From assembly GCA_025449905.1 (NCBI GenBank), contig JANWIN010000012.1:109318-173317 (forward strand): DNA of 64,000 bases. The letters run 5' to 3'. The position numbers and the translations under genes are program-made. The notes under the pieces were generated by a model. That model was given only the letters and a program-made list of their open reading frames with translations, ran no database searches and was not told where the DNA came from. The stretch comes from Candidatus Saccharimonadales bacterium. Lineage in GTDB: Bacteria; Patescibacteriota; Saccharimonadia; Saccharimonadales; JANWIN01. The first letter of the stretch is position 1; each line of letters opens with the position of its first letter. Shown piece after piece: positions 27,882-35,436 of this stretch.

Positions 27882-27982
27882 TCTTGACGAATCGCTGTGT
27901 CAGTAACGCTCTGTCGCTCAGTCATCGTATTGGAATACGATTCCTTCGTTCCTCGCTACTTCCTAGCGCTTCATCCAAGCAC
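27881..27982 (+). repeat. copy A of the ~103-nt intergenic element family
   Basis: Alignable by eye with 42917-43019 and 53208-53310. Shared blocks are TCTTG(G/A)C, GC.G.GT, the hairpin ATCGTATT-gg-AATACGAT, TTCG..CTCG, CCTAGCGC, and C(A/C)(C/-)TC(C/A)AAG. Confidence 0.6.
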
Positions 27983-28019
27983 ATCGCTCAGGCGCCCCAT
28001 AGGGTACAATTAGCTCACA

Positions 28020-28832
28020 ATGGAAGATTTAGTAGCTAAGAAGTCGTTGGGGCAGCACTGGTTAACAGATAGCAACACCTTAGAGGCTATGTGTGATGCT
28101 GCCGCTGTTGTGACAGGGGACAATATTCTGGAAATAGGGCCGGGAAGGGGGTCTTTGACTGCTTCCCTATTAAGTCGCGGGGCAAAAGTGGTGGCGGTTG
28201 AATTAGATGAGCGTTTAGCGACTGATTTAAAGCGTAAATTTAAAGATCAACCCTTCACACTTAACATGTTAAGTATTATAGATTATGATTTATCCTCAAT
28301 GCCAGCTGATTATAAAATTGTTGCCAATATCCCTTATTATTTGACCAATCACCTGCTCCGCCTGCTGGTTGACACTTCCGCCCAGCCGCTTCAAGCCGCG
28401 CTTTTAGTTCAAAAAGAAGTCGCCGAGCGCGTCGTGGCAAAGCCAGGGGAGATGTCAATTGTCGCTGTGGCTGTTCAGCTTTTTTATAAACCAAGTCTTG
28501 GGCGCATTGTGCCGGCCCAACTGTTTGAGCCGCCGCCAAAAGTCGATTCACAAATTCTAATGCTCAAAAGGCGAAAACAACCACTGTTTGACGACACAGA
28601 AACCGATAAATTTATGAGAATAGTTAAAGCCGGCTTTAGCGCCAAACGCAAAAAACTACGCAGCAGCTTGGCTGGTGGCTTAAGAATCACAAAGCCCGAA
28701 GCTGAAAAATTATTACAAAAGGCAAAGATTGATCCCAACCAGCGTGCCCAGGAACTGACGCTGAATAACTGGCACGACCTCTACAAAATTGTACAACTTA
28801 GTGACGATCGTCAATATCTTGTACAATTTTAA
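28020..28832 (+). CDS. rsmA: 16S rRNA (adenine1518/1519-N6)-dimethyltransferase
   Basis: KSLGQHWL, the SAM motif LEIGPGRGSLT, and NIPYY. There is no SD. A TACAAT box at 28005-28010 lies 9 nt upstream of the ATG. Confidence 0.9.
   Translation: MEDLVAKKSLGQHWLTDSNTLEAMCDAAAVVTGDNILEIGPGRGSLTASLLSRGAKVVAVELDERLATDLKRKFKDQPFTLNMLSIIDYDLSSMPADYKIVANIPYYLTNHLLRLLVDTSAQPLQAALLVQKEVAERVVAKPGEMSIVAVAVQLFYKPSLGRIVPAQLFEPPPKVDSQILMLKRRKQPLFDDTETDKFMRIVKAGFSAKRKKLRSSLAGGLRITKPEAEKLLQKAKIDPNQRAQELTLNNWHDLYKIVQLSDDRQYLVQF
28787..28828 (+). repeat. 42-nt nested palindromic element, copy 1 (inside the rsmA 3' end)
   Basis: AATTGTACAA-ctta-GTGACGATCGTCA-atatc-TTGTACAATT. It is 37/42 identical to 47135-47176. 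Confidence 0.7.
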
Positions 28833-28848
28833 GCCCGTCTCCCCCGCT

Positions 28849-28882
28849 GATACTTGACATGTTAAGTATCACAAGCTAAAAT
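28849..28882 (+). promoter_or_regulatory. promoter TTGACA-N17-TAAAAT with an overlapping palindrome (candidate MarR operator)
   Basis: The palindrome GATACTTgACATGTtAAGTATC (28849-28870) covers the -35 TTGACA (28854-28859). The -10 TAAAAT is at 28877-28882. Confidence 0.5.
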
Positions 28883-28895
28883 AGCATTAGCATTT

Positions 28896-29354
28896 TTGTT
28901 TATGAGCGCCATAGATAATATCGGTTATGTACTTCATCACCTCTCTTTTGTTCTAGACCGTCAATCTGACCAAGTTTTACAGGAACAGCTTGGTATTGGT
29001 TTCTCGCAGTTTAAGATATTAATGGTGCTGAAGTGGAACCCTTCGGTTCAGCAAAAGACCATTGCTGATAACTTGGGCCAAACCGAAGCCAGTGTTAGTC
29101 GGCAGATTAAACTGCTTAAAAATAAGAACTTAATCACGCCTAAAGTTAATCCTAGGAACAAGCGTCAGCACATAACTACGCTAACTACTAAAGGCGAAAG
29201 ATTGACTGAAGCAGCTTTGGAAATTTTGAACAAATACCACTCGCCAATTTTTGCTCGCCTTAGCGAAAAACAGAGAGCAGAGATACTTAATTCGCTAAAT
29301 ATTATGCATTCTGCGGCTTGCGGCGAGCACGAAACAAATGTGCTAAACTATTAA
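28896..29354 (+). CDS. MarR-family transcriptional regulator
   Basis: Winged-HTH pattern FSQFKILMVL...QKTIADNLGQTEASVSRQIKLLKNKNLI...DKRQ-like NKRQHITTLTTKG. The probable ATG start is at 28902. Confidence 0.8.
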   Translation: MFMSAIDNIGYVLHHLSFVLDRQSDQVLQEQLGIGFSQFKILMVLKWNPSVQQKTIADNLGQTEASVSRQIKLLKNKNLITPKVNPRNKRQHITTLTTKGERLTEAALEILNKYHSPIFARLSEKQRAEILNSLNIMHSAACGEHETNVLNY

Positions 29355-29359
29355 GCTGA

Positions 29360-30658
29360 ATGGCAAAAAACCTCAACGATAGACTGGAAGGCAGGGCTCT
29401 GCCTATAGTTCTATCGATTATCTTTTTAGACGTACTGGGCATTGGTATATTGTTTCCAGTCTTGCCCCAGCTTATTTTCCAGATTTTTATCCCGGCTGGG
29501 CATAGTTACTCCGGTTCACTGATAATGCTGGGCTGGCTGGTTGGTATTTATCCCTTGATGCAATTCGTGGCTACACCAATTTTAGGCCAGCTAAGCGACC
29601 GCTTTGGCCGAAAACCAGTTCTGGGTATAAGCGTGGCCGGTACGGCTTTGGGGTATGTCTTATTTGCCATTGGTATAATCACCAAAAATATCCCGTTGTT
29701 GTTTTTTGCTAGAGCCTTTGACGGGATTACGGGAGGAAATCTTAGTGTCGCCCGGGCGGTGATTGCTGATGTCAGCTCTCCAGAGCACCGCACCCGCAAC
29801 TTTGGTTTTATCGGGGCGGCGTTTGGTATGGGCTTTGTTATGGGGCCCTATCTGGGTGCCCGCTTAGCTACGCCAGGTGCCAATTTTTTTGGACTGTTTA
29901 ATACCCCGCATTGGTTTAATGCCGCTACACCGTTTTGGTTCACGGCTATTTTGAGCCTTATGAATGTGCTTCTGATAATGTTTATTTTGCCGGAAACACA
30001 TAAGCACATACAAAAACACGTCAAGATTATTTGGTCCAAGTCGCTAAGCAATATTAAAAAGGCCGCTACCAGCCCGACGCTTCGGGTTATCTTTGGTTCG
30101 GAGTTTTTGTTTTGGAGCGGCTTCACCTTCTTTACGACCTTCTTCCAGGTCCTGTTAATTCAAAAGCTGCATTTTACTCCGGCCAATGTCGGTGACTTTT
30201 TTGCCTACATTGGTATTTGGCTGGCTGTGTCACAGGCTACCTTAACGGTTGCTCTAGCCAAACGCTATAAAAACTGGACAGTCCTAAAATTTGGCTTTAT
30301 AGCGGCCGGGCTAACCCTCTATGCCATGCTGTGGCCGGTCAATACAACTCAGCTGTTAATTGTGACGCCTTTCTTCGCGATGTTTGCCGGGCTGGTTATT
30401 GCCAACGCTACGGCTTTAGTAAGCCTGTCGGCAGATAAGACCATTCAAGGCGAAGTATTAGGTATAGATTTTAGCGTTCAGGCCCTAGCTCAAGCTATAC
30501 CGGCCATCATTGCCGGCTATATAGCTACTATGGGAATTAACGTGCCGGTGATAGTTGGCGGTTCGGTAGTTATACTTGGCGGTATTTTCTTCAATATCTT
30601 TTATCGTCCTCCGAAGCATTTGCTACATCAAGATGCTGATCAAGCCACTCTTGGGTAG
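29360..30658 (+). CDS. MFS transporter (drug:H+ antiporter-like)
   Basis: 12 TM helices and MFS motif A GQLSDRFGRKPVL. It lies directly downstream of marR. Confidence 0.85.
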   Translation: MAKNLNDRLEGRALPIVLSIIFLDVLGIGILFPVLPQLIFQIFIPAGHSYSGSLIMLGWLVGIYPLMQFVATPILGQLSDRFGRKPVLGISVAGTALGYVLFAIGIITKNIPLLFFARAFDGITGGNLSVARAVIADVSSPEHRTRNFGFIGAAFGMGFVMGPYLGARLATPGANFFGLFNTPHWFNAATPFWFTAILSLMNVLLIMFILPETHKHIQKHVKIIWSKSLSNIKKAATSPTLRVIFGSEFLFWSGFTFFTTFFQVLLIQKLHFTPANVGDFFAYIGIWLAVSQATLTVALAKRYKNWTVLKFGFIAAGLTLYAMLWPVNTTQLLIVTPFFAMFAGLVIANATALVSLSADKTIQGEVLGIDFSVQALAQAIPAIIAGYIATMGINVPVIVGGSVVILGGIFFNIFYRPPKHLLHQDADQATLG

Positions 30659-30665
30659 GTATTGA

Positions 30666-30724
30666 CCCCGCCAGTTAGATTGATAGACGTTGTCTTGCGC
30701 AGCAAATCAATCTAACAGGCGGGG
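30666..30724 (+). terminator. long imperfect hairpin after the MFS gene (terminator candidate, no U-tract)
   Basis: CCCCGCC-aGTTAGATTGAT...ATCAATCTAACa-GGCGGGG, that is 7 + 11 bp with one mismatch. Confidence 0.45.
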
Positions 30725-30753
30725 TTGACAAAAATGTGCTTATGGTTTATTAT
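30725..30753 (+). promoter_or_regulatory. near-consensus sigma70 promoter of ssrA (TTGACA-N17-TATTAT)
   Basis: TTGACA at 30725-30730 and TATTAT at 30748-30753. The mature tmRNA 5' end lies 10 nt downstream. Confidence 0.7.
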
Positions 30754-30763
30754 TATTTGTTAC

Positions 30764-31178
30764 GGGGCTGAATTAAGCTTGACGTTAGTACTTTATCGGT
30801 TAGATCAGCAGGTCGCTTGTCAGCGTTATAGGCAAAACCCAAGTAATTGCAAAATTTCTTGACCGCGTAGCTACTGCTTTCGAGAACGCACGTGCAAACG
30901 TTGCTTCTCTCTTTAGCAATCTAGCTTACGCACCAATTGCAGCTTAATATTATCTGCAATCGCGCCTAACATGACATCAGATAACGCTAGTGCGTGTCAT
31001 ATCATCTGGTTGCGCAGACTTTACGGTCCGTAAATCTGCTAAGACTTTAGGACACACAGAGAATGACTTTTTGGCTGTTTATCGGTCATTCTTTGTTCAA
31101 AGCTAAATAGCCTAAACCTGTAGGAAGACTAACTAATAAACTAAACGGACGCCGGAGCATTACCGGCCAGCTCCACCA
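30764..31178 (+). ncRNA. ssrA: tmRNA (transfer-messenger RNA)
   Basis: The 5' GGGGCTG pairs with the 3' CAGCTCC-A-CCA, including the G3:U70 alanine identity pair. The 3' end GGACGCCGGAGCATTACCGGCCAGCTCCACCA aligns with E. coli GGACGCGGGTTCAACTCCCGCCAGCTCCACCA. An internal tag frame ends ...LAYAPIAA-TAA (stop 30945-30947). Confidence 0.9.
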
Positions 31179-31183
31179 TAAAC

Positions 31184-31208
31184 GCTCGAGTTAGGCTCGA
31201 GCTTTTTT
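31184..31208 (+). terminator. rho-independent terminator of ssrA
   Basis: GCTCGAG-ttagg-CTCGAGC followed by TTTTTT. Confidence 0.8.
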
Positions 31209-31222
31209 GTTACTATGTAGAG

Positions 31223-31636
31223 GTGCATGAAGAGAGAATTATGAAGGAGTTAAAAGCTGCTGGTGTTACCAGGTATGGCATGAAAAAGTTTGCAGTTAAA
31301 TATTTGCCAAAAATTATCCATGAAAAAGAGCACGTACACGGCGTAATATATGGACGGTACGCTGACAATGAAGGTAGTTTGACGCTAAATGAAGGTGTCT
31401 TGGTTGCCACCGATAAAAAGATAATATTTGTTGATCATAAGCCCGGCTTCACCAACACTGATGAAATAACTTACGATGTGGTTTCAGGAATAAAAAAAAC
31501 GACAGCACTATTTTCGGCAGTGAGTCTTCACACAAGACTTGGCGATTATTCTTTTAGATTTATAAATCCAAAATGCGCAAACACATTTGTTGCTTATGTT
31601 GAAAAAAAACGCCTGGAAGCCAGCAATAATAAATAA
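31223..31636 (+). CDS. hypothetical protein, bacterial PH-domain-like (YokE-like)
   Basis: 137-aa ORF. The pattern LPKIIHEKEHVHGVIYGRY...GVLVATDKKIIFVD resembles bacterial PH-like domains. The gene is AT-rich with AGA/AGG Arg codons. Confidence 0.45.
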   Translation: MHEERIMKELKAAGVTRYGMKKFAVKYLPKIIHEKEHVHGVIYGRYADNEGSLTLNEGVLVATDKKIIFVDHKPGFTNTDEITYDVVSGIKKTTALFSAVSLHTRLGDYSFRFINPKCANTFVAYVEKKRLEASNNK

Positions 31637-31645
31637 AATCTATCA

Positions 31646-32416
31646 ATGATTCTTAATTACACAGTAAAAGGTGATGGGCCGCCCATTTTATTAATTCATG
31701 GTATGGCGGCAAGCTTGCGTTATTGGGAAGCCTATATGGAAGAGCTGGCTAAAAATCATAAAGTCATAGCTATTGACTTACTGGGTTTTGGACATTCGCC
31801 AACACCAAAAATTGGCTATACACCCGAAGACCATGTAAAAGCCATTCAAGAAACCCTGCAATCATTAAAAATTGCTGGCTCCATGACTGTAGTTGCTCAC
31901 TCTATGGGCGCGCTAATAGCCCTAAGATATGCCACAATTTATCCCACCCTGGTTTCTAAACTCATTTTAATTGGCATGCCAATTTATAAAAGTCCTGGTG
32001 AGGCCAAAGCCGACATTACACGCTCCAAAAGTAGCTTGCGATTTACCTACTACGGGCGCACTTCACAAATTCTATGCACCACCTGGTGCCGCTTGCTTCG
32101 GCCGGTTACTAAACACTTGGCGCCGCTTTATCTGCCAAAACTGCCAAAACATGTTGCCCAAGACAGCTTGCTGCATACTTGGAATGCTTATTCCCAAAGC
32201 TTGCACGAGGTTATTGAAAACCAGCACGTTGAAAAAGATCTAAATCAACTGAGCATGCCTATTAATTTGATTTATGGCGACAGCGAATCTAAACTGGCGC
32301 AGGCCAATTTAGCCGACATCAAGCTGGGCCCAAATATGAAAAAAATAGTTTTACCCGGGACACACAGCCTGCCATTGGAGCGAGTTGAAGAACTCTCGAA
32401 GATAATTTTGGCTTAG
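31646..32416 (+). CDS. alpha/beta-fold hydrolase
   Basis: Oxyanion region ILLIHGMAAS and nucleophile elbow AHSMGA (G-x-S-x-G type), with a C-terminal GTHSLPLE histidine region. Confidence 0.75.
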   Translation: MILNYTVKGDGPPILLIHGMAASLRYWEAYMEELAKNHKVIAIDLLGFGHSPTPKIGYTPEDHVKAIQETLQSLKIAGSMTVVAHSMGALIALRYATIYPTLVSKLILIGMPIYKSPGEAKADITRSKSSLRFTYYGRTSQILCTTWCRLLRPVTKHLAPLYLPKLPKHVAQDSLLHTWNAYSQSLHEVIENQHVEKDLNQLSMPINLIYGDSESKLAQANLADIKLGPNMKKIVLPGTHSLPLERVEELSKIILA

Positions 32417-32625
32417 GATTTTTTACGGAGCATCAGCTTCAAGTTCGAAATATAATGTTTAGGATTTAGAGTCGGGTGCGCTTTTAAATAAGCCAAGTGC
32501 GTTTCAACAAATGTAATTCGATTAGTAGGCCAAAGTATAGTATTAGCTCGGTAAGCTGATTCGGTTACAAAAGTCGGGTCTTTTTCCATAGAACGTAGTT
32601 CTGACAATATCTCAGTTTCTTCCAT
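32413..32625 (-). CDS. hypothetical small protein (70 aa)
   Basis: From the ORF track only. It is convergent with the hydrolase gene and overlaps it by 4 nt. Confidence 0.4.
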   Translation of the reverse strand: MEETEILSELRSMEKDPTFVTESAYRANTILWPTNRITFVETHLAYLKAHPTLNPKHYISNLKLMLRKKS

Positions 32626-32666
32626 CTTTAACTATATTATGCGCTCATCGGGAGTAAAAACCTAAT

Positions 32667-33566
32667 CTAGACCACTTGTTTTATGTCTTTGACAACCCGA
32701 CCGTCTCGCATATGAATAACGCGTTTACAGGCTTTTGCTACTTCGGGATTGTGGGTAACGATGATAAAAGTCTGCCCATTAGCATTCAGTTTTTTAATGA
32801 GTTTCATTATTTGGGCGGTCATTTTAGAGTCTAGCTCGCCGGTCAACTCATCGCCTAAAATAATAGACGGCTTGTTAACAATTGAACGTGCAATAGCTAC
32901 GCGCTGCTGCTGACCGCCAGAAAGTTCACTAGGGGTGTGTTTAATTCGTTCTTCGAGCCCAACTTGTTGCAATGCTTCTGCAGCAGTTTTTCGTCTTTTT
33001 CTAATGTGCATTCCACTGTAGCGCAACGGCAGCATCACATTTTCAAGTGCGGTTAGTGTCGGCACTAGGTTGAAAGACTGAAAAACAAAGCCTAGCTCAC
33101 GAGAGCGAATTTCGGGCAGTTCATTATGGCTAATTGAGGCAACACTTTTACCGTTCAAGAACATCTGTCCTGATGATGGATCATCTAATAGGCCGAGCAT
33201 ATTGAGCAGAGTTGATTTACCACTACCAGAAGGGCCAATTACGGCTACCAGATCACCCTTATTAATTCTTAGGTCGACGCTGTTTAGAGCGTGAATCACC
33301 GAACCGCGGTCGCGCGGCCGTTTACGCAGCGACTTTCCCGTGACGGTTTTGTAGCTGGCCTCGTACTGCTCGTTAGCAAATAATGTTTGAGCTTTTTGCA
33401 AAACTCTAGCCACTTTCTTTGCTTCTAATTCATTATTTTTGGCAATAAATTTTTCATATTTCTTTTGCAACGCGGAAATAGCTTTTTGGGCACGCTTAGC
33501 ATTTTTACGTCTGCCGACAATGTAGGTTTTGGTCAAGTTGTTAAGTTTTAAAATTGGCTCAGTCAT
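32667..33566 (-). CDS. ABC transporter ATP-binding protein (MacB/LolD-type) with an N-terminal ~70-aa insertion
   Basis: Walker A GPSGSGKST, signature LSGGQQQR, Walker B IILGDELTG and H-loop THN. A basic helical insert separates LNNLTKTY from VIHALNSVDL. Confidence 0.85.
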   Translation of the reverse strand: MTEPILKLNNLTKTYIVGRRKNAKRAQKAISALQKKYEKFIAKNNELEAKKVARVLQKAQTLFANEQYEASYKTVTGKSLRKRPRDRGSVIHALNSVDLRINKGDLVAVIGPSGSGKSTLLNMLGLLDDPSSGQMFLNGKSVASISHNELPEIRSRELGFVFQSFNLVPTLTALENVMLPLRYSGMHIRKRRKTAAEALQQVGLEERIKHTPSELSGGQQQRVAIARSIVNKPSIILGDELTGELDSKMTAQIMKLIKKLNANGQTFIIVTHNPEVAKACKRVIHMRDGRVVKDIKQVV

Positions 33567-33568
33567 AG

Positions 33569-34732
33569 CTATTCGTTCCTCAGAGCTTTAACAATATTGA
33601 TTTTGGCCGCATGAAAAGCCGGATAAAAACCGGCAATAATTCCAAGTACAACCGCAAAGGCAATGGCAAAAATTGAAATTCGTGCACTTAGTAAAAATAT
33701 TACATTACCGCTATCTTCCAGTGCGCCGTTTACGAGGGTTATAACCAGTGCACCTAATCCCCAACCAATTAAACCGCCCAATAGTCCAATCAATCCGGCC
33801 TCGGTTAGGTACTCGGCCAAGATATTTTTGGTTTTAGCACCCATAGCTTTTTTAATACCAATTTCACGAGTTCGCTCCGAGATAGACATAGTCATAGTGT
33901 TGATGACGCTCAGACCGCCGACAATCAGTGATATTATGGCAACGCCAAATAAGATGGCATTAAAAATACCGGTGGCTTTACCTATTTGTTCTTCAAAATC
34001 TTTCGGCCCAAAAGCATGGGCTTCTTTGACCTGTTCGTTTATTGACTTAGCTACTTCGTTTGGATCATTACCCTCTTTAATATAAACCGTGAAACCATTG
34101 ACAATGTCAGATGGCTTAGTTTGGGCGCGTATAACTTCTGGCTGTTCGTCGTAATAAATTTGCTGAGCATCGTGAAGCGTCATGAAAACTTCATTATCGG
34201 GCGTAGTCAGGGTTTTATTCATGATACCAACCACTTCATAATTTTTACCGCGAATTTCAACGCTTCCGCCGACTTTAGCGTCCAACTTCTTGACTAAGTC
34301 CGTACCAACTGTAACTTTGCCGTTGTCGCCCTCTTTTAGAGCCCGACCGTTGTAAGTAATCTTAAAAGTTTCGTAAGGAATGCTATTAAATTCGGTAGCT
34401 ACAATTGCCGCTGGCGGCCCAAGACTAACCTCATCAAACTTTTCTTCTAGACTCGTAAAGACAGTTCCTGAAACCTGAGAAACGCCTTCGACTCGGGCAA
34501 TTTCTTTAGCCTTGGAAGTACTCATGGGCGGCTGGACTATGAATGAATCAGTCTGGCTAACCGTAACCTTGTCTTTATAATAATCAGTCCCGCCGCTAAC
34601 TAGCAGGCTAATCTTTTCGGCCATCGAGCCCATAACGGTGAAAGCAAAAATGCCAATTGTAATACCAAAAACCGTCAGCATCGTCCTGGTTTTACGGCGC
34701 ATCATATTTTTTAAGGCTTCGCGCATAGCCAT
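33569..34732 (-). CDS. ABC transporter permease (FtsX/MacB family)
   Basis: An N-terminal TM, a large periplasmic-type domain, and a C-terminal FtsX-like 3-TM bundle (RTREIGIKKAMGA). Confidence 0.8.
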   Translation of the reverse strand: MAMREALKNMMRRKTRTMLTVFGITIGIFAFTVMGSMAEKISLLVSGGTDYYKDKVTVSQTDSFIVQPPMSTSKAKEIARVEGVSQVSGTVFTSLEEKFDEVSLGPPAAIVATEFNSIPYETFKITYNGRALKEGDNGKVTVGTDLVKKLDAKVGGSVEIRGKNYEVVGIMNKTLTTPDNEVFMTLHDAQQIYYDEQPEVIRAQTKPSDIVNGFTVYIKEGNDPNEVAKSINEQVKEAHAFGPKDFEEQIGKATGIFNAILFGVAIISLIVGGLSVINTMTMSISERTREIGIKKAMGAKTKNILAEYLTEAGLIGLLGGLIGWGLGALVITLVNGALEDSGNVIFLLSARISIFAIAFAVVLGIIAGFYPAFHAAKINIVKALRNE

Positions 34733-34775
34733 AGTATAAACTATCGGCTTTTTTAGTTTGCTATCATAAGAACAA

Positions 34776-35402
34776 ATGAATAAAGAGCAAAAAATTCAGG
34801 TTTTTGCTTGGTCGCTCAGCGCTACAGTGGCCATATTAGCCATTATCGCTTGGGGCGGTGACATTAATTGGAAAATTTTTGACGTTTCTACCTACCAGCT
34901 GTTTCCAGTATTTGGCTTGCTAGCTTTTAGCCTTATGTGGGCACATTACATGGCCAGTGCCGCGCGGCAACACCTGAATGTTGATAGAGAAGTCTTAAAA
35001 CAGTGCTTTGAAGTAACCAGTTGGCTGGTTTTAGTACTCATTTTTCTACATCCCGGGCTTTTGACCTACCAGTTGTGGCGCGATGGGCTAGGTCTGCCAC
35101 CGGGCAGTGTTACAAAAAATTATGTGGCACCTGGACTGGGTTGGGTAGTAGTCTTAGCAGAAGTTAGCCTTTTAATATTTCTGGCGTATGAGCTTAGGCG
35201 CTGGTTCGATAAAAAATCTTGGTGGAAATACGTACAATACTCCAGCGATGCAGCAATGTTGGCTATTTTTTATCACGGGCTGCGACTGGGTGGTCAACTG
35301 CAGGGCGGCTGGTTTCGCTACTTGTGGTTCTTCTACGGCATCACCCTATTTATTGTTTTGATTTATAAATATTTCCGGAAATTATCTTCTAATAAGTCTT
35401 GA
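34776..35402 (+). CDS. polytopic membrane protein, unknown function (His-containing helices)
   Basis: 208 aa with about 6 TM helices and conserved-looking His residues (WAHYM, FLHPG, FYHGL). A ferric-reductase-like TM domain is possible but unproven. Confidence 0.5.
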   Translation: MNKEQKIQVFAWSLSATVAILAIIAWGGDINWKIFDVSTYQLFPVFGLLAFSLMWAHYMASAARQHLNVDREVLKQCFEVTSWLVLVLIFLHPGLLTYQLWRDGLGLPPGSVTKNYVAPGLGWVVVLAEVSLLIFLAYELRRWFDKKSWWKYVQYSSDAAMLAIFYHGLRLGGQLQGGWFRYLWFFYGITLFIVLIYKYFRKLSSNKS

Positions 35403-35436
35403 CCCTGAATGGTTAGAAGCTTAGGCTGAAAAGATA

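Noticed and set aside
27839-28039. 66-aa ORF across the intergenic spacer upstream of rsmA
   Set aside because: It overlaps the hairpin and copy A of the 103-nt element. The equivalent frames in copies B and C differ and hit stops at different places, so the similarity is at nucleotide level and not protein level.
32421-32450. Possible duplicate of the tmRNA 3' end (CGGAGCAT...CAGCTTCA) marking an ssrA-targeted island of AT-rich genes at 31223-32625
   Set aside because: Only an 8-nt exact match plus a short imperfect block, lying inside a coding region. This is far too weak for an att site, and no integrase is present.
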